DNA of 64,000 nt, taken from Escherichia coli. GTDB taxonomy: Bacteria > Pseudomonadota > Gammaproteobacteria > Enterobacterales > Enterobacteriaceae. Below, piece after piece: positions 18,515 through 29,958 of the stretch; the stretch's first letter is position 1, and the number at the start of each line of letters is the position of its first letter. The notes below the pieces were generated by a model that made no database searches, had not been told where the DNA came from, and saw only the letters and a list, made by a program, of their open reading frames with translations. A program made the position numbers and the translations under genes. The DNA is taken from the NCBI RefSeq assembly GCF_016903815.1, contig NZ_CP069973.1. The stretch is one strand, 5' to 3'.

Positions 18515-19054
18515 ATGGCAAAACTTACCTTACAAGAGCAGTTGCTCAAAGCAGGATTAGTCACCAGCAAAAAAGCGGCGAAGGTCGAGAGAACGGCGAA
18601 AAAATCGCGTGTTCAGGCGCGTGAAGCTCGGGCGGCGGTAGAAGAAAACAAAAAGGCACAGCTTGAGCGTGATAAACAGCTTAGCGAGCAGCAAAAACAA
18701 GCGGCGTTGGCGAAAGAATATAAAGCCCAGGTGAAGCAGCTCATTGAAATGAACCGAATCACCATTGCTAATGGCGATATTGGTTTTAACTTCACTGACG
18801 GTAATCTGATTAAGAAAATCTTTGTCGATAAGCTCACGCAAGCGCAGTTAATTAATGGTCGTCTGGCGATTGCCCGCTTGTTGATCGATAACAATAGCGA
18901 AGGTGAATACGCCATTATTCCCGCCAGCGTTGCCGATAAAATTGCTCAGCGTGATGCCAGCAGTATTGTGTTGCACAGCGCGCTCAGCGCCGAAGAGCAG
19001 GATGAAGACGACCCGTATGCCGACTTCAAAGTGCCTGATGATTTGATGTGGTAA
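18515..19054 (+). CDS. yaiL: DUF2058 family protein YaiL
   Basis: Lysine/glutamate-rich ORF MAKLTLQEQLLKAGLVTSKK...; ATG chosen over upstream TTG. Confidence 0.85.
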   Translation: MAKLTLQEQLLKAGLVTSKKAAKVERTAKKSRVQAREARAAVEENKKAQLERDKQLSEQQKQAALAKEYKAQVKQLIEMNRITIANGDIGFNFTDGNLIKKIFVDKLTQAQLINGRLAIARLLIDNNSEGEYAIIPASVADKIAQRDASSIVLHSALSAEEQDEDDPYADFKVPDDLMW

Positions 19055-19086
19055 ACATAGATAAGTTGTGCGCAGATGCCTGATGC

Positions 19087-19173
19087 GACGCTATGCGCGT
19101 TTTATCATGCCTACGGCCTGCGGGCGAAATGTAGGCGGATAAGGCGTTCACGCCGCATCCGGCAGTCGTGCAC
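19087..19173. repeat. BIME: two inverted REP units between yaiL and frmB
   Basis: GCCTGATGCGACGCTATGCGCGTTTTATCATGCCTAC ... GTAGGCGGATAAGGCGTTCACGCCGCATCCGGC. Confidence 0.85.
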
Positions 19174-19178
19174 TATTA

Positions 19179-20012
19179 TTAACGCATATTCAGTTTATTG
19201 GCGTGGTAGGCAATATGCTCGCCAATAAAACTGGAGACAAAATAATAGCTGTGATCATAACCCTCGTGATAACGGATTAACGTTTTGATATTCATCTCCT
19301 GGCAGATCTTTTCAAGATTTGGAGTCCGCAGCTGTTCTGCGTAAAAATCATCACTCAACCCCTGATCAACCATTATTTCCGCAATGCGTTGACCTTGTGA
19401 AATAAGACTCACCGGATCGTAATCCAACCAGGCTTCTTTATTTTCACCAAGATATGCGGTAAAGGCTTGCTGTCCCCACGGTACTTGCGATGGGGAGACA
19501 ATGGGCGAAAACGCCGAGACGCTGACATATTCATCTGGATTACGTAACGCCAGCACCAGTGCGCCCAGCCCGCCCATAGAATGACCTGAGATAGACTTTC
19601 TGGCCGTTGCCGGAAAATGTTGCATCACTAAATCCGGCAGTTCGTTGCGGATATAGTCATACATTTTGTAATGTTCATTCCACGGCGCTTGCGTTGCGTT
19701 CAGGTAAAACCCGGCACCTTGCCCGAGATCGTAACGGTCGGCATCTGCGACATGACTGCCTCGCGGACTGGTGTCTGGCGCAACAACAATAATGTTGTGC
19801 TCCGCCGCGTAACGTTGCATCCCTGATTTAGTAATGAAATTCTGCTCGTTGCAGGTCAGGCCCGAAAGCCAGTACAACACCGGCAATTTTTCACTTGCGG
19901 CTTTTGGTGGGAGATAGACGCCGACATTCATTTCACATTTCAGTGATTGGGAATAATGCCGATACACATTTTGCCAGCCGCCAAAGCTGGCATGTTTTTC
20001 AATGAGTTCCAT
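19179..20012 (-). CDS. frmB: S-formylglutathione hydrolase FrmB
   Basis: 277 aa esterase-D family, GHSMGG motif. Confidence 0.94.
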   Translation of the reverse strand: MELIEKHASFGGWQNVYRHYSQSLKCEMNVGVYLPPKAASEKLPVLYWLSGLTCNEQNFITKSGMQRYAAEHNIIVVAPDTSPRGSHVADADRYDLGQGAGFYLNATQAPWNEHYKMYDYIRNELPDLVMQHFPATARKSISGHSMGGLGALVLALRNPDEYVSVSAFSPIVSPSQVPWGQQAFTAYLGENKEAWLDYDPVSLISQGQRIAEIMVDQGLSDDFYAEQLRTPNLEKICQEMNIKTLIRYHEGYDHSYYFVSSFIGEHIAYHANKLNMR

Positions 20013-20105
20013 CAGTCATTATCTCACGGTTAATCCCCCGGACGGCTGCCCGGGGAGAGTATTAAGAACCCCGCCTGAACTGGACGGGGTAAAACCTGCG
20101 GGAAA

Positions 20106-21245
<1,140 letters not shown>

Positions 21246-21249
21246 TCAG

Positions 21250-21525
21250 CTATTTAAGATAGGCACGAACCAGTTCAATAGTGTCGTCAACGGATTGGCT
21301 GACTTCGCGGCTGTAGCAGTCATTTCGGTCAAACGTTTCCCGGATATGGCTTTCAAGCACTTCTGCCATCAGCCCGTTAGCCGCGCCCCGAACGGCAGCG
21401 ATCTGTTGGAGTATGGCACGGCATTCGGCATCACCCTCCAGCGACCGTTCCAGAGCATCAATCTGCCCCCGAATACGACGAACTCGAGTAAGGACCTTTT
21501 TCTTCTCTTCCGGAGTACTGGGCAT
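21250..21525 (-). CDS. frmR: Formaldehyde-responsive repressor FrmR (CsoR/RcnR family)
   Basis: 91 aa from [21 protein letters not shown]...; operator palindrome immediately upstream. Confidence 0.93.
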
Positions 21526-21551
21526 TTCGCACCTCATCATCTGCACGCAAT

Positions 21552-21600
21552 ATACTATAGGGGGGTATGCTATATGTCAATGCATACCCCCCTATAGTAT
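21552..21600. promoter_or_regulatory. FrmR operator: 19-bp inverted repeat with G/C tracts
   Basis: ATACTATAGGGGGGTATGC - 11 bp - GCATACCCCCCTATAGTAT directly upstream of frmR; G/C-tract palindromes are typical of CsoR/RcnR-family operators. Confidence 0.85.
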
Positions 21601-21709
21601 ATAACACTGGAGAATAAAATTTATCCGGTGAATGTAGTCGGATAACAAAAAGTAAAGAGGGGCCTAATCGACAGGGAAGGCCGCCCCGGATAGCGGGCGG
21701 CAGAAGCAA

Positions 21710-22483
21710 TCAGAATTTCCAGGTCAGATGGGCTGCAAATTGCAGACCGTTATAATCATCAGTTGGGGTGTCGTACCACACTTTACCTGCCGTCAGCCCG
21801 AGATTAAGTTGCTCAGTCAGCGGTTGAATACGTTGCAAACTGACGCTCTTCATGCTGCCGTAGCGTGTTTCTGGCGTCCAGTCATAGGTGTAAGCGCCTG
21901 TTCCGCGGCTTAGCCATAGTTGCGTATAACCAGTGCCGCGCGGGTCATTCAGACGCACGGAAATCATATTGCTGTAACTACCACCTGCATCGCTGGAGTC
22001 ATAATGGGTATAGCGGTAGCTGGAGATCACCGGGCCAGTATAGAGTGATACGCCGCCTTGCCAGGCATCGACTTCGACATCATCGTAATATTTCGTGTAG
22101 CGATAACCGGTCGTGAAAAGCGTTTTTGGCAACAGTGCCAGGTTAATATCCTGACGAAAATCCTGGCGGGCAAAGACCGGCGTATTATCCGCAAAGGCAA
22201 TACCCGTTCGGGTTGTCAGCCAGTTATTCCATTTATACCAGACCGCACCCTGACCGCGAGTGGCATTGAAATGTTCAGTTTCATAATCACGACGCCCCTG
22301 GGAAAGATTAAAAAGCAGCGTTGCGTTTTCAACTTTCGCCACCAGTTCAGCATACGCTAAATTACGGTTGCCATGATCGCCAGAATAATCGGTAAAATCG
22401 TAGCCCGCGGTAATGGAAGTTAACCCGGCATAAGCGGGCAATGCGCTAAAAATTGCTGCCGCTAATAACGTCCGTTTTATCAT
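21710..22483 (-). CDS. yaiO: Outer membrane beta-barrel protein YaiO
   Basis: 257 aa with signal peptide and C-terminal ...HLTWKF. Confidence 0.9.
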   Translation of the reverse strand: MIKRTLLAAAIFSALPAYAGLTSITAGYDFTDYSGDHGNRNLAYAELVAKVENATLLFNLSQGRRDYETEHFNATRGQGAVWYKWNNWLTTRTGIAFADNTPVFARQDFRQDINLALLPKTLFTTGYRYTKYYDDVEVDAWQGGVSLYTGPVISSYRYTHYDSSDAGGSYSNMISVRLNDPRGTGYTQLWLSRGTGAYTYDWTPETRYGSMKSVSLQRIQPLTEQLNLGLTAGKVWYDTPTDDYNGLQFAAHLTWKF

Positions 22484-22484
22484 T

Positions 22485-23195
22485 TTAATCTCCTGTACGG
22501 ATAAGTTCTTGTCGGAGTGAATAAGTTCCGGTAGGTAAATTACGTTCTACAATCACGCGCGGGCCAAGTTGCGTGTTCGGGGAAATAATTCGCCCAGGCA
22601 AAATAATAACTTGTACGCCAAGGCGTGAACGCTGCCCGATATAACAACCTAATTTATCGCATTCGGTAGCGATAATTCCCTCTGGAGTTCGAACAGACAC
22701 GGGCTGTTGATCCAGACGATGATTACTGGTACGTACTTGTGCGCCCAAATATGCCTGGTTTGCAACTACCGAGTCGGCGATAAAGCATTGCGGACCAATC
22801 GTTGCTTCCGCTTCAATAACCGCATTTTTAATTTCGGTGGCAAAACCAATTTTTACGCCATTGCTGATTATTGTGCCAGGACGAATAAACGCATAATTAC
22901 CTATCAGGCAGTTTGCGCCAATCACTACCGGACCCTGAATAACGGCACCGTGACAAATACGGGTATTCGCGCCGATAACAACTTCACCTGCAGTTTCATC
23001 AATAATTACCTGGTCTGCAATCTGAATATTTTTCTCTTTAACATTAAGCTTCAGAAAGTTTTTCAGTTCCTGTGACAGAAGGTTGGGAATAAGCGGTTGA
23101 CGCTTCCACCAGTGCGGAATAGCGGGTGGGTTTGTCGCGCTGAGGTTCGCGTCCAGTAAAAAAGGCAATAAGTCCATAAATAATCCAGATGGCAT
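22485..23195 (-). CDS. yaiX: Hexapeptide-repeat (left-handed beta-helix) acyltransferase, uninterrupted
   Basis: 236 aa ORF with repeated [LIV]G hexapeptide pattern; 5' end overlaps yaiP by about 150 bp, so true start is uncertain. Confidence 0.7.
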   Translation of the reverse strand: MPSGLFMDLLPFLLDANLSATNPPAIPHWWKRQPLIPNLLSQELKNFLKLNVKEKNIQIADQVIIDETAGEVVIGANTRICHGAVIQGPVVIGANCLIGNYAFIRPGTIISNGVKIGFATEIKNAVIEAEATIGPQCFIADSVVANQAYLGAQVRTSNHRLDQQPVSVRTPEGIIATECDKLGCYIGQRSRLGVQVIILPGRIISPNTQLGPRVIVERNLPTGTYSLRQELIRTGD

Positions 23196-24240
23196 AAGCT
23201 AATAATACATACACAACGGAAAGCGGCGCTAAAGGCACCAACAACCAGCAACGATGAAACCAGGCGCTAAAAGCACCAATAACACAAACTACGCCGACCC
23301 AGATAAGCGGAAACATTGCCAACACCACACCATGCGGCCCGGTGGTGATGAATTCATTAAACCAGGTAGTGAGATAAATCCCAACGCCATAAAGCACAAC
23401 CAACAGCATAGGAAATATACTGAAGATACCGAAGCGGCTAAATAAAAGCCTTTTATGCAGGCGCATACAGACCGCGTAGCCCACAATCCAACGCCGCCAG
23501 CGACGCCATTCCTCACGCGGGCTGTTGCATTCCTGTGGGTATACGATGCAGCGATTCGCCTGCCGAATACGATAGCCGTTTGCCACCAATGTCCAGGTGA
23601 GATCAAGGTCTTCGACTTTAGTACGATCAGAGAAACCGAACTTACGCAATACATCAGTACGGAACATCCCGCAGGCACCGCTGATAATAAACGGTGCGCC
23701 GCCCAGGAGCTGCTGTAGCGTGCGCTTCATAACAATCATCGGCAACTTTACGGTCGCGCGGATGTGCGGTAACAGACCCGCGCCTTTCAACGCAGTAGAG
23801 GGAATGCCGCCTACGGCATCAGCACCGCGCTCTATTTCTGCCAGCATATAGCCCATTCCGTCTTGATCGGGCGGAACATAGGTGTCGGCATCACTTAAAA
23901 AAACCTGGTCGCAGGTGGCGTAATTGAGGCCATTCATCAGCGCACCACCTTTACCGGTATTTTTTTGCGTGACGGCAATAAAGCGGTCGCCCCATTTGCG
24001 TTTGACTTCCGCCATGACCGCTTCGGTATTGTCCGTGGAGCCGTCGTTAACGCAAATTACCCGGCAAAAATAAGGGTTACGCAGTAGATTATCCAGTGAC
24101 TGTGCCAGACACGGGCCTTCGTTATACGCAGGTATAATGGCGTCAATACAACCTTTTTTTGGGCTGGGCTTACGCCTTAACGTACTCAGGAACCATAGCA
24201 ATATTGCTACGGCCATACATATAAATATCCAGGTTTTCAT
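23044..24240 (-). CDS. yaiP: Family 2 glycosyltransferase, membrane-anchored
   Basis: 398 aa; N-terminal TM, GT2 core (NDGSTDNT, DAD) and C-terminal TM segments. Confidence 0.88.
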   Translation of the reverse strand: MKTWIFICMAVAILLWFLSTLRRKPSPKKGCIDAIIPAYNEGPCLAQSLDNLLRNPYFCRVICVNDGSTDNTEAVMAEVKRKWGDRFIAVTQKNTGKGGALMNGLNYATCDQVFLSDADTYVPPDQDGMGYMLAEIERGADAVGGIPSTALKGAGLLPHIRATVKLPMIVMKRTLQQLLGGAPFIISGACGMFRTDVLRKFGFSDRTKVEDLDLTWTLVANGYRIRQANRCIVYPQECNSPREEWRRWRRWIVGYAVCMRLHKRLLFSRFGIFSIFPMLLVVLYGVGIYLTTWFNEFITTGPHGVVLAMFPLIWVGVVCVIGAFSAWFHRCWLLVPLAPLSVVYVLLAYAIWIIYGLIAFFTGREPQRDKPTRYSALVEASTAYSQPSVTGTEKLSEA

Positions 24241-24249
24241 GCAATTTGC

Positions 24250-24921
24250 TCAAAGAATCATTTTATGAATTACAAAGCCTTCACCCAGATCGCTATTGAC
24301 CTGTTGCCCGCGAAATTGTGCAACTGCACGCAGGCGATCATGACGCATATAATCGCGTCGTTCCTGGCTTTTATGTTTTTTTAATGCAGCAAGTTTGACT
24401 GTGAAATATTCTTCTTTAACGGATTCAAAAACCTGAGGCATAAATGAAAGCCAGGTACTCGGGGTTTCGTAGCCGAGAATTTGTGGAATAGTGCGGCAGG
24501 CAACCATTGAAGCTTGATAAACAGCAAGATGATCCTGATGGCGGTCGGCATCATGCATGGTATATACCCGCATGATTTCAACATCAGAAGGAATTTGATT
24601 TTTAATGATGTCTTCCAGGGCGGAAATCATATCATTGAGCTGCAAATGCGCGCGGGTGTCAGCAAAATTAAGATGAATAGTTTGGTGGCACCCTAATATC
24701 TTTAGGGCGTTGCGCGATTCTTCATGGCGATCGATTATTCCATCTGTGCCAGAGTTGCCGGTAGTCATCACCACGGCTGCGATATAAATTCCTTTTTGCG
24801 CAAGACGAGCAAGCGACGCGCCACAGCCCAATTCTATATCGTCAGGATGTGCGCCAATAGCAAGGATACCCTTTCTTTTATTTGCCGAAGAAAGGATGGC
24901 TGAATCTAAAACCTTATCCAC
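24250..24921 (-). CDS. yaiS: PIG-L/LmbE-family N-acetylglucosaminyl deacetylase
   Basis: ORF with AIGAHPDDIELGCG and HxDH motifs; exact start uncertain. Confidence 0.8.
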   Translation of the reverse strand: MDKVLDSAILSSANKRKGILAIGAHPDDIELGCGASLARLAQKGIYIAAVVMTTGNSGTDGIIDRHEESRNALKILGCHQTIHLNFADTRAHLQLNDMISALEDIIKNQIPSDVEIMRVYTMHDADRHQDHLAVYQASMVACRTIPQILGYETPSTWLSFMPQVFESVKEEYFTVKLAALKKHKSQERRDYMRHDRLRAVAQFRGQQVNSDLGEGFVIHKMIL

Positions 24922-25529
24922 TTAATGACACTCCATTTTATTTATTATACTACAAGCACAACGATGCCCGCAGAGACGTAATCTCTGGCACAGACAGATG
25001 CTAATTTTTAAGTGTTAAAAATTACTGATAGCTGAAAAATAAGGGGCTTTCAAGTACGGGGATACGACTGCGTAATCTTTTATGTAGTTCATATGTTAAG
25101 TGTTTGTGTGTTTGGTTTGTATAGTTATTTTGTTTTATATATTGTATTTAGATGTGATTTAGTTTGTCAATTAATTACATATTAAAAATATGTTCTAGGC
25201 ACAAATATGGATTATATACATTATGTGAATGTATTATGTGGTTGATTGAGAATGATACAGTTATATATGCAATGTGAATATAATGATTTCATTATATGCA
25301 TTGCTGTTAATAAAATAAAAGACATTATGTTCTGCTTGTTTATGCATTAATAAAAATGAAGTGCAGTAACTTACTGAATTGTCAGAGTGGGTGTAATTGC
25401 ATATTTAATCTTTCCTTTGCCGCTTTTTTGCTAAGAATAAAATCATCTGTGCGATAACGACTAATTCTTTTAATGAATGTTTTTATTCCTGAATACTGCT
25501 CCTATAACAAGACAGGGGAGCAGACAATC

Positions 25530-26492
25530 ATGGCAATTTCATCGCGTAACACACTTCTTGCCGCACTGGCATTCATCGCTTTTCAGGCACAGGCGGTGAA
25601 CGTCACCGTGGCCTATCAAACCTCCGCTGAACCGGCGAAAGTGGCTCAGGCTGATAACACCTTTGCTAAAGAGAGCGGGGCGACGGTGGACTGGCGTAAG
25701 TTTGACAGCGGAGCCAGCATCGTGCGGGCGCTGGCTTCAGGCGATGTCCAAATCGGTAACCTCGGTTCCAGCCCATTAGCGGTGGCAGCCAGCCAACAGG
25801 TGCCGATTGAAGTCTTCTTACTGGCGTCAAAACTGGGTAACTCCGAAGCGCTGGTGGTAAAGAAAACTATCAGCAAACCGGAAGATCTCATTGGCAAACG
25901 CATCGCCGTACCGTTTATCTCCACCACCCACTACAGCCTGCTGGCGGCGCTGAAACACTGGGGTATAAAACCCGGACAAGTGGAGATAGTGAACCTGCAG
26001 CCGCCCGCGATTATCGCCGCATGGCAACGGGGAGACATTGATGGTGCTTATGTCTGGGCACCGGCGGTTAACGCCCTGGAAAAAGACGGCAAGGTGCTGA
26101 CCGATTCTGAACAGGTCGGGCAGTGGGGCGCGCCGACACTGGACGTCTGGGTGGTGCGCAAAGATTTTGCCGAGAAACATCCAGAGGTCGTGAAAGCGTT
26201 CGCTAAAAGCGCCATCGATGCTCAACAACCGTACATTGCTAATCCAGACGCGTGGCTGAAACAGCCGGAAAACATCAGCAAACTGGCACGTTTAAGCGGC
26301 GTACCTGAAGGTGACGTTCCGGGGCTGGTGAAGGGGAATACCTATCTGACGCCGCAGCAGCAAACGGCAGAACTGACCGGACCGGTGAACAAAGCGATCA
26401 TCGACACCGCGCAGTTTTTGAAAGAGCAGGGCAAAGTCCCGGCTGTAGCGAATGATTACAGCCAGTACGTGACCTCGCGCTTCGTGCAATAA
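25530..26492 (+). CDS. tauA: Taurine ABC transporter periplasmic binding protein TauA
   Basis: 320 aa from MAISSRNTLLAALAFIAFQAQA (signal peptide); SD GGGGAG. Confidence 0.94.
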   Translation: MAISSRNTLLAALAFIAFQAQAVNVTVAYQTSAEPAKVAQADNTFAKESGATVDWRKFDSGASIVRALASGDVQIGNLGSSPLAVAASQQVPIEVFLLASKLGNSEALVVKKTISKPEDLIGKRIAVPFISTTHYSLLAALKHWGIKPGQVEIVNLQPPAIIAAWQRGDIDGAYVWAPAVNALEKDGKVLTDSEQVGQWGAPTLDVWVVRKDFAEKHPEVVKAFAKSAIDAQQPYIANPDAWLKQPENISKLARLSGVPEGDVPGLVKGNTYLTPQQQTAELTGPVNKAIIDTAQFLKEQGKVPAVANDYSQYVTSRFVQ

Positions 26493-26504
26493 AAGGAGGC
26501 GCAG

Positions 26505-27272
26505 ATGCTGCAAATCTCTCATCTTTACGCCGATTATGGCGGCAAACCGGCACTGGAAGATATCAACCTGACGCTGGAAAGCTGTGAGCTACTGGTGGTG
26601 CTGGGGCCGTCCGGCTGCGGTAAAACCACCCTGCTGAATCTGATTGCCGGTTTTGTGCCTTATCAGCATGGCAGCATTCAACTGGCGGGTAAGTGCATTG
26701 AGGGACCGGGCGCAGAGCGGGGCGTGGTTTTTCAGAATGAAGGGCTGCTACCGTGGCGCAATGTACGGGACAACGTGGCGTTCGGCCTGCAACTGGCAGG
26801 TGTTGAGAAAATGCAGCGACTGGAAATCGCGCACCAGATGCTGAAAAAAGTGGGGCTGGAAGGGGCAGAAAAACGCTACATCTGGCAGCTTTCCGGCGGT
26901 CAACGTCAGCGGGTGGGGATTGCCCGCGCGCTGGCGGCAAATCCCCAGCTGTTATTACTCGATGAACCGTTTGGTGCGCTGGACGCCTTCACCCGCGACC
27001 AGATGCAAACCCTGCTGCTGAAACTCTGGCAGGAGACGGGCAAGCAGGTGCTGTTGATTACCCACGATATAGAAGAAGCGGTGTTTATGGCGACTGAACT
27101 GGTTCTGCTTTCACCCGGCCCAGGCCGCGTGCTGGAGCGGCTGCCGCTCAACTTCGCCCGCCGCTTTGTTGCCGGGGAACCGAGCCGCAGCATCAAGTCC
27201 GATCCACAATTCATCGCCATGCGCGAATATGTTTTAAGCCGCGTATTTGAGCAACGGGAGGCATTCTCATGA
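26505..27272 (+). CDS. tauB: Taurine ABC transporter ATPase TauB
   Basis: Walker [13 protein letters not shown] signature LSGGQRQR. Confidence 0.95.
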   Translation: MLQISHLYADYGGKPALEDINLTLESCELLVVLGPSGCGKTTLLNLIAGFVPYQHGSIQLAGKCIEGPGAERGVVFQNEGLLPWRNVRDNVAFGLQLAGVEKMQRLEIAHQMLKKVGLEGAEKRYIWQLSGGQRQRVGIARALAANPQLLLLDEPFGALDAFTRDQMQTLLLKLWQETGKQVLLITHDIEEAVFMATELVLLSPGPGRVLERLPLNFARRFVAGEPSRSIKSDPQFIAMREYVLSRVFEQREAFS

Positions 27273-28096
27273 GTGTGCTCATTAATGAAAAACTGCATTC
27301 GCGTCGGCTGAAATGGCGCTGGCCGCTCTCGCGTCAGGTGACCTTAAGCATTGGCACGTTAGCGATTTTACTCACTGTATGGTGGGCAGTGGCGGCGCTG
27401 CAACTGATTAGCCCGCTGTTTTTACCGCCGCCGCAACAGGTACTGGCAAAACTGCTTACTATTGCCGGACCTCAAGGATTTATGGACGCCACCTTGTGGC
27501 AGCATCTGGCAGCCAGCCTGACGCGCATTGTGCTGGCGCTACTTGCGGCGGTGTTGATCGGCATTCCGGTCGGGATCGCCATGGGACTAAGCCCGACGGT
27601 GCGCGGCATTCTGGATCCGGTAATTGAATTGTATCGCCCGGTGCCGCCGCTGGCGTATTTGCCGCTGATGGTGATCTGGTTTGGTATTGGTGAAACCTCG
27701 AAGATCTTACTGATCTATTTAGCGATTTTTGCACCTGTGGCGATGTCGGCGCTGGCGGGGGTGAAAAGCGCGCAGCAGGTTCGCATTCGTGCCGCCCAGT
27801 CGCTGGGTGCCAGCCGTGCGCAGGTGCTGTGGTTTGTTATTTTACCCGGTGCGCTGCCGGAAATTCTCACCGGATTACGCATTGGTCTGGGTGTGGGCTG
27901 GTCTACCCTGGTGGCGGCGGAGCTGATTGCCGCGACGCGCGGTTTGGGTTTTATGGTCCAGTCAGCGGGTGAATTTCTCGCGACTGACGTGGTGCTGGCG
28001 GGGATCGCGGTGATTGCGATTATCGCCTTTCTTTTAGAACTGGGTCTGCGCGCGTTACAGCGCCGCCTGACGCCCTGGCATGGAGAAGTACAATGA
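27269..28096 (+). CDS. tauC: Taurine ABC transporter permease TauC
   Basis: 275 aa multi-TM permease; 4-bp overlap with tauB. Confidence 0.94.
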   Translation: MSVLINEKLHSRRLKWRWPLSRQVTLSIGTLAILLTVWWAVAALQLISPLFLPPPQQVLAKLLTIAGPQGFMDATLWQHLAASLTRIVLALLAAVLIGIPVGIAMGLSPTVRGILDPVIELYRPVPPLAYLPLMVIWFGIGETSKILLIYLAIFAPVAMSALAGVKSAQQVRIRAAQSLGASRAQVLWFVILPGALPEILTGLRIGLGVGWSTLVAAELIAATRGLGFMVQSAGEFLATDVVLAGIAVIAIIAFLLELGLRALQRRLTPWHGEVQ

Positions 28097-28944
28097 GTGA
28101 ACGTCTGAGCATTACCTCGCTGGGGCCGTATATCGGCGCACAAATTTCGGGTGCCGACCTGACGCGCCCGTTAAGTGATAACCAGTTTGAACAGCTTTAC
28201 CATGCGGTACTGCGTCATCAGGTGGTGTTTCTGCGTGAACAGGCCATTACGCCGCTGCAGCAACGCGCGCTGGCCCAACGTTTTGGCGAGCTGCATATTC
28301 ATCCTGTTTACCCTCATGCCGAAGGGGTTGACGAGATCATCGTGCTGGATACTCATAACGATAATCCGCCGGATAACGACAACTGGCATACCGATGTGAC
28401 ATTTATTGAAACGCCACCCGCAGGGGCGATTCTGGCGGCAAAAGAGTTACCCTCGACCGGCGGCGATACGCTCTGGACCAGCGGTATTGCGGCCTATGAG
28501 GCGCTCTCTGTTCCCTTCCGCCAGCTGCTGAGCGGGTTGCGTGCGGAGCATGATTTCCGTAAATCGTTCCCGGAATACAAATATCGCAAAACCGAGGAGG
28601 AGCATCAACGCTGGCGCGAGGCGGTCGCGAAAAATCCGCCGTTGCTACATCCGGTGGTGCGAACGCATCCGGTGAGCGGTAAACAGGCGCTGTTTGTGAA
28701 TGAAGGCTTTACTACGCGAATTGTTGATGTCAGCGAGAAAGAGAGCGAAGCCTTGTTAAGTTTTTTGTTTGCCCATATCACCAAACCGGAGTTTCAGGTG
28801 CGCTGGCGCTGGCAACCGAATGATATTGCGATTTGGGATAATCGCGTGACTCAGCACTATGCCAATGCGGATTACCTGCCACAGCGGCGGATTATGCATC
28901 GGGCGACGATCCTTGGGGATAAACCGTTTTATCGGGCGGGGTAA
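28093..28944 (+). CDS. tauD: Taurine dioxygenase (Fe/2-oxoglutarate dependent) TauD
   Basis: 283 aa; 4-bp overlap with tauC. Confidence 0.95.
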   Translation: MSERLSITSLGPYIGAQISGADLTRPLSDNQFEQLYHAVLRHQVVFLREQAITPLQQRALAQRFGELHIHPVYPHAEGVDEIIVLDTHNDNPPDNDNWHTDVTFIETPPAGAILAAKELPSTGGDTLWTSGIAAYEALSVPFRQLLSGLRAEHDFRKSFPEYKYRKTEEEHQRWREAVAKNPPLLHPVVRTHPVSGKQALFVNEGFTTRIVDVSEKESEALLSFLFAHITKPEFQVRWRWQPNDIAIWDNRVTQHYANADYLPQRRIMHRATILGDKPFYRAG

Positions 28945-28951
28945 GGGGGAA

Positions 28952-28975
28952 ATGCCGGGTTGGATAACCCGGCAT
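28952..28975. terminator. Hairpin between convergent tauD and hemB
   Basis: ATGCCGGGTT-GGAT-AACCCGGCAT perfect 10-bp stem; no strong U tract. Confidence 0.5.
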
Positions 28976-28983
28976 AATGAACA

Positions 28984-29958
28984 TTAACGCAGAATCTTCT
29001 TCTCAGCCAAATCCAGCGCAAAGTAGCTGAAAATCAGATCCGCACCCGCACGCTTAATCGAACCTAAGCTTTCGAGCACGACTTTCTCTTCATCTATAGC
29101 ACCCGCCAGCGCGGCGAACTTAATCATCGCATACTCACCGCTCACCTGATACGCGCCAATCGGCAATTCAGTACGTTCACGCAGCTCACGCACGATGTCG
29201 AGGTACGCTCCAGCTGGTTTCACCATCAGGCAGTCTGCGCCCTGGGCTTCATCCAGCAGTGACTCACGAATCGCCTCACGACGGTTCATTGGGTTCATCT
29301 GATAGCTTTTGCGGTCGCCTTTTAATGCGCTTCCGGCAGCTTCACGGAACGGGCCATAAAAGGAGGAGGCGAACTTGGTCGAATACGACATAATCGCCGT
29401 ATCTTTAAAGCCCGCAGCGTCCAGCGCATGGCGAATTGCCTGTACCTGGCCGTCCATCGCGGCGGAAGGGGCGATGAAGTCTGCGCCTGCAGCAGCTGCA
29501 ACCACGGCTTGCTTGCCTAAATTTTCCAGAGTCGCGTCGTTGTCGACGCCATGCTCGCACAGCACACCGCAGTGACCGTGAGAAGTGTATTCACAGAAAC
29601 AAGTGTCTGACATGACGATCATTTCTGGCACAGTCTGCTTGCAGATGCGCGACATACGCGCCACCAGTCCATCTTCCCGCCAGGCATCGCTGCCGGTTTC
29701 ATCGGTATGGTGGGAAATGCCGAAAGTCATCACGGAACGAATACCGGCGTTGGCGATGCGTTCAATTTCGCGTGCCAGATGTTTCTCTGGAATGCGCATC
29801 ACACCTGGCATGGCTTCAACGGCTTTGTAGTCGTCAATTTCTTCTTCAACAAAGATCGGCAACACCAGGTCGTTAAGGCTAAGTGTTGTCTCTTCAAACA
29901 TAGCGCGCAGCGCAGGAGTTTTGCGCAGGCGACGAGGGCGTTGGATTAAGTCTGTCAT
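28984..29958 (-). CDS. hemB: Porphobilinogen synthase (ALA dehydratase) HemB
   Basis: 324 aa from [13 protein letters not shown]...; track ORF is extended upstream. Confidence 0.95.
   Translation of the reverse strand: MTDLIQRPRRLRKTPALRAMFEETTLSLNDLVLPIFVEEEIDDYKAVEAMPGVMRIPEKHLAREIERIANAGIRSVMTFGISHHTDETGSDAWREDGLVARMSRICKQTVPEMIVMSDTCFCEYTSHGHCGVLCEHGVDNDATLENLGKQAVVAAAAGADFIAPSAAMDGQVQAIRHALDAAGFKDTAIMSYSTKFASSFYGPFREAAGSALKGDRKSYQMNPMNRREAIRESLLDEAQGADCLMVKPAGAYLDIVRELRERTELPIGAYQVSGEYAMIKFAALAGAIDEEKVVLESLGSIKRAGADLIFSYFALDLAEKKILR

Noticed and set aside
17040-19175. Repeated palindromic units that might suggest a CRISPR-like array
   Set aside because: These are dispersed REP/BIME units (GCCGGATGCGGCG...-type) at several intergenic sites, not regularly spaced identical repeats with unique spacers; no cas genes in the window
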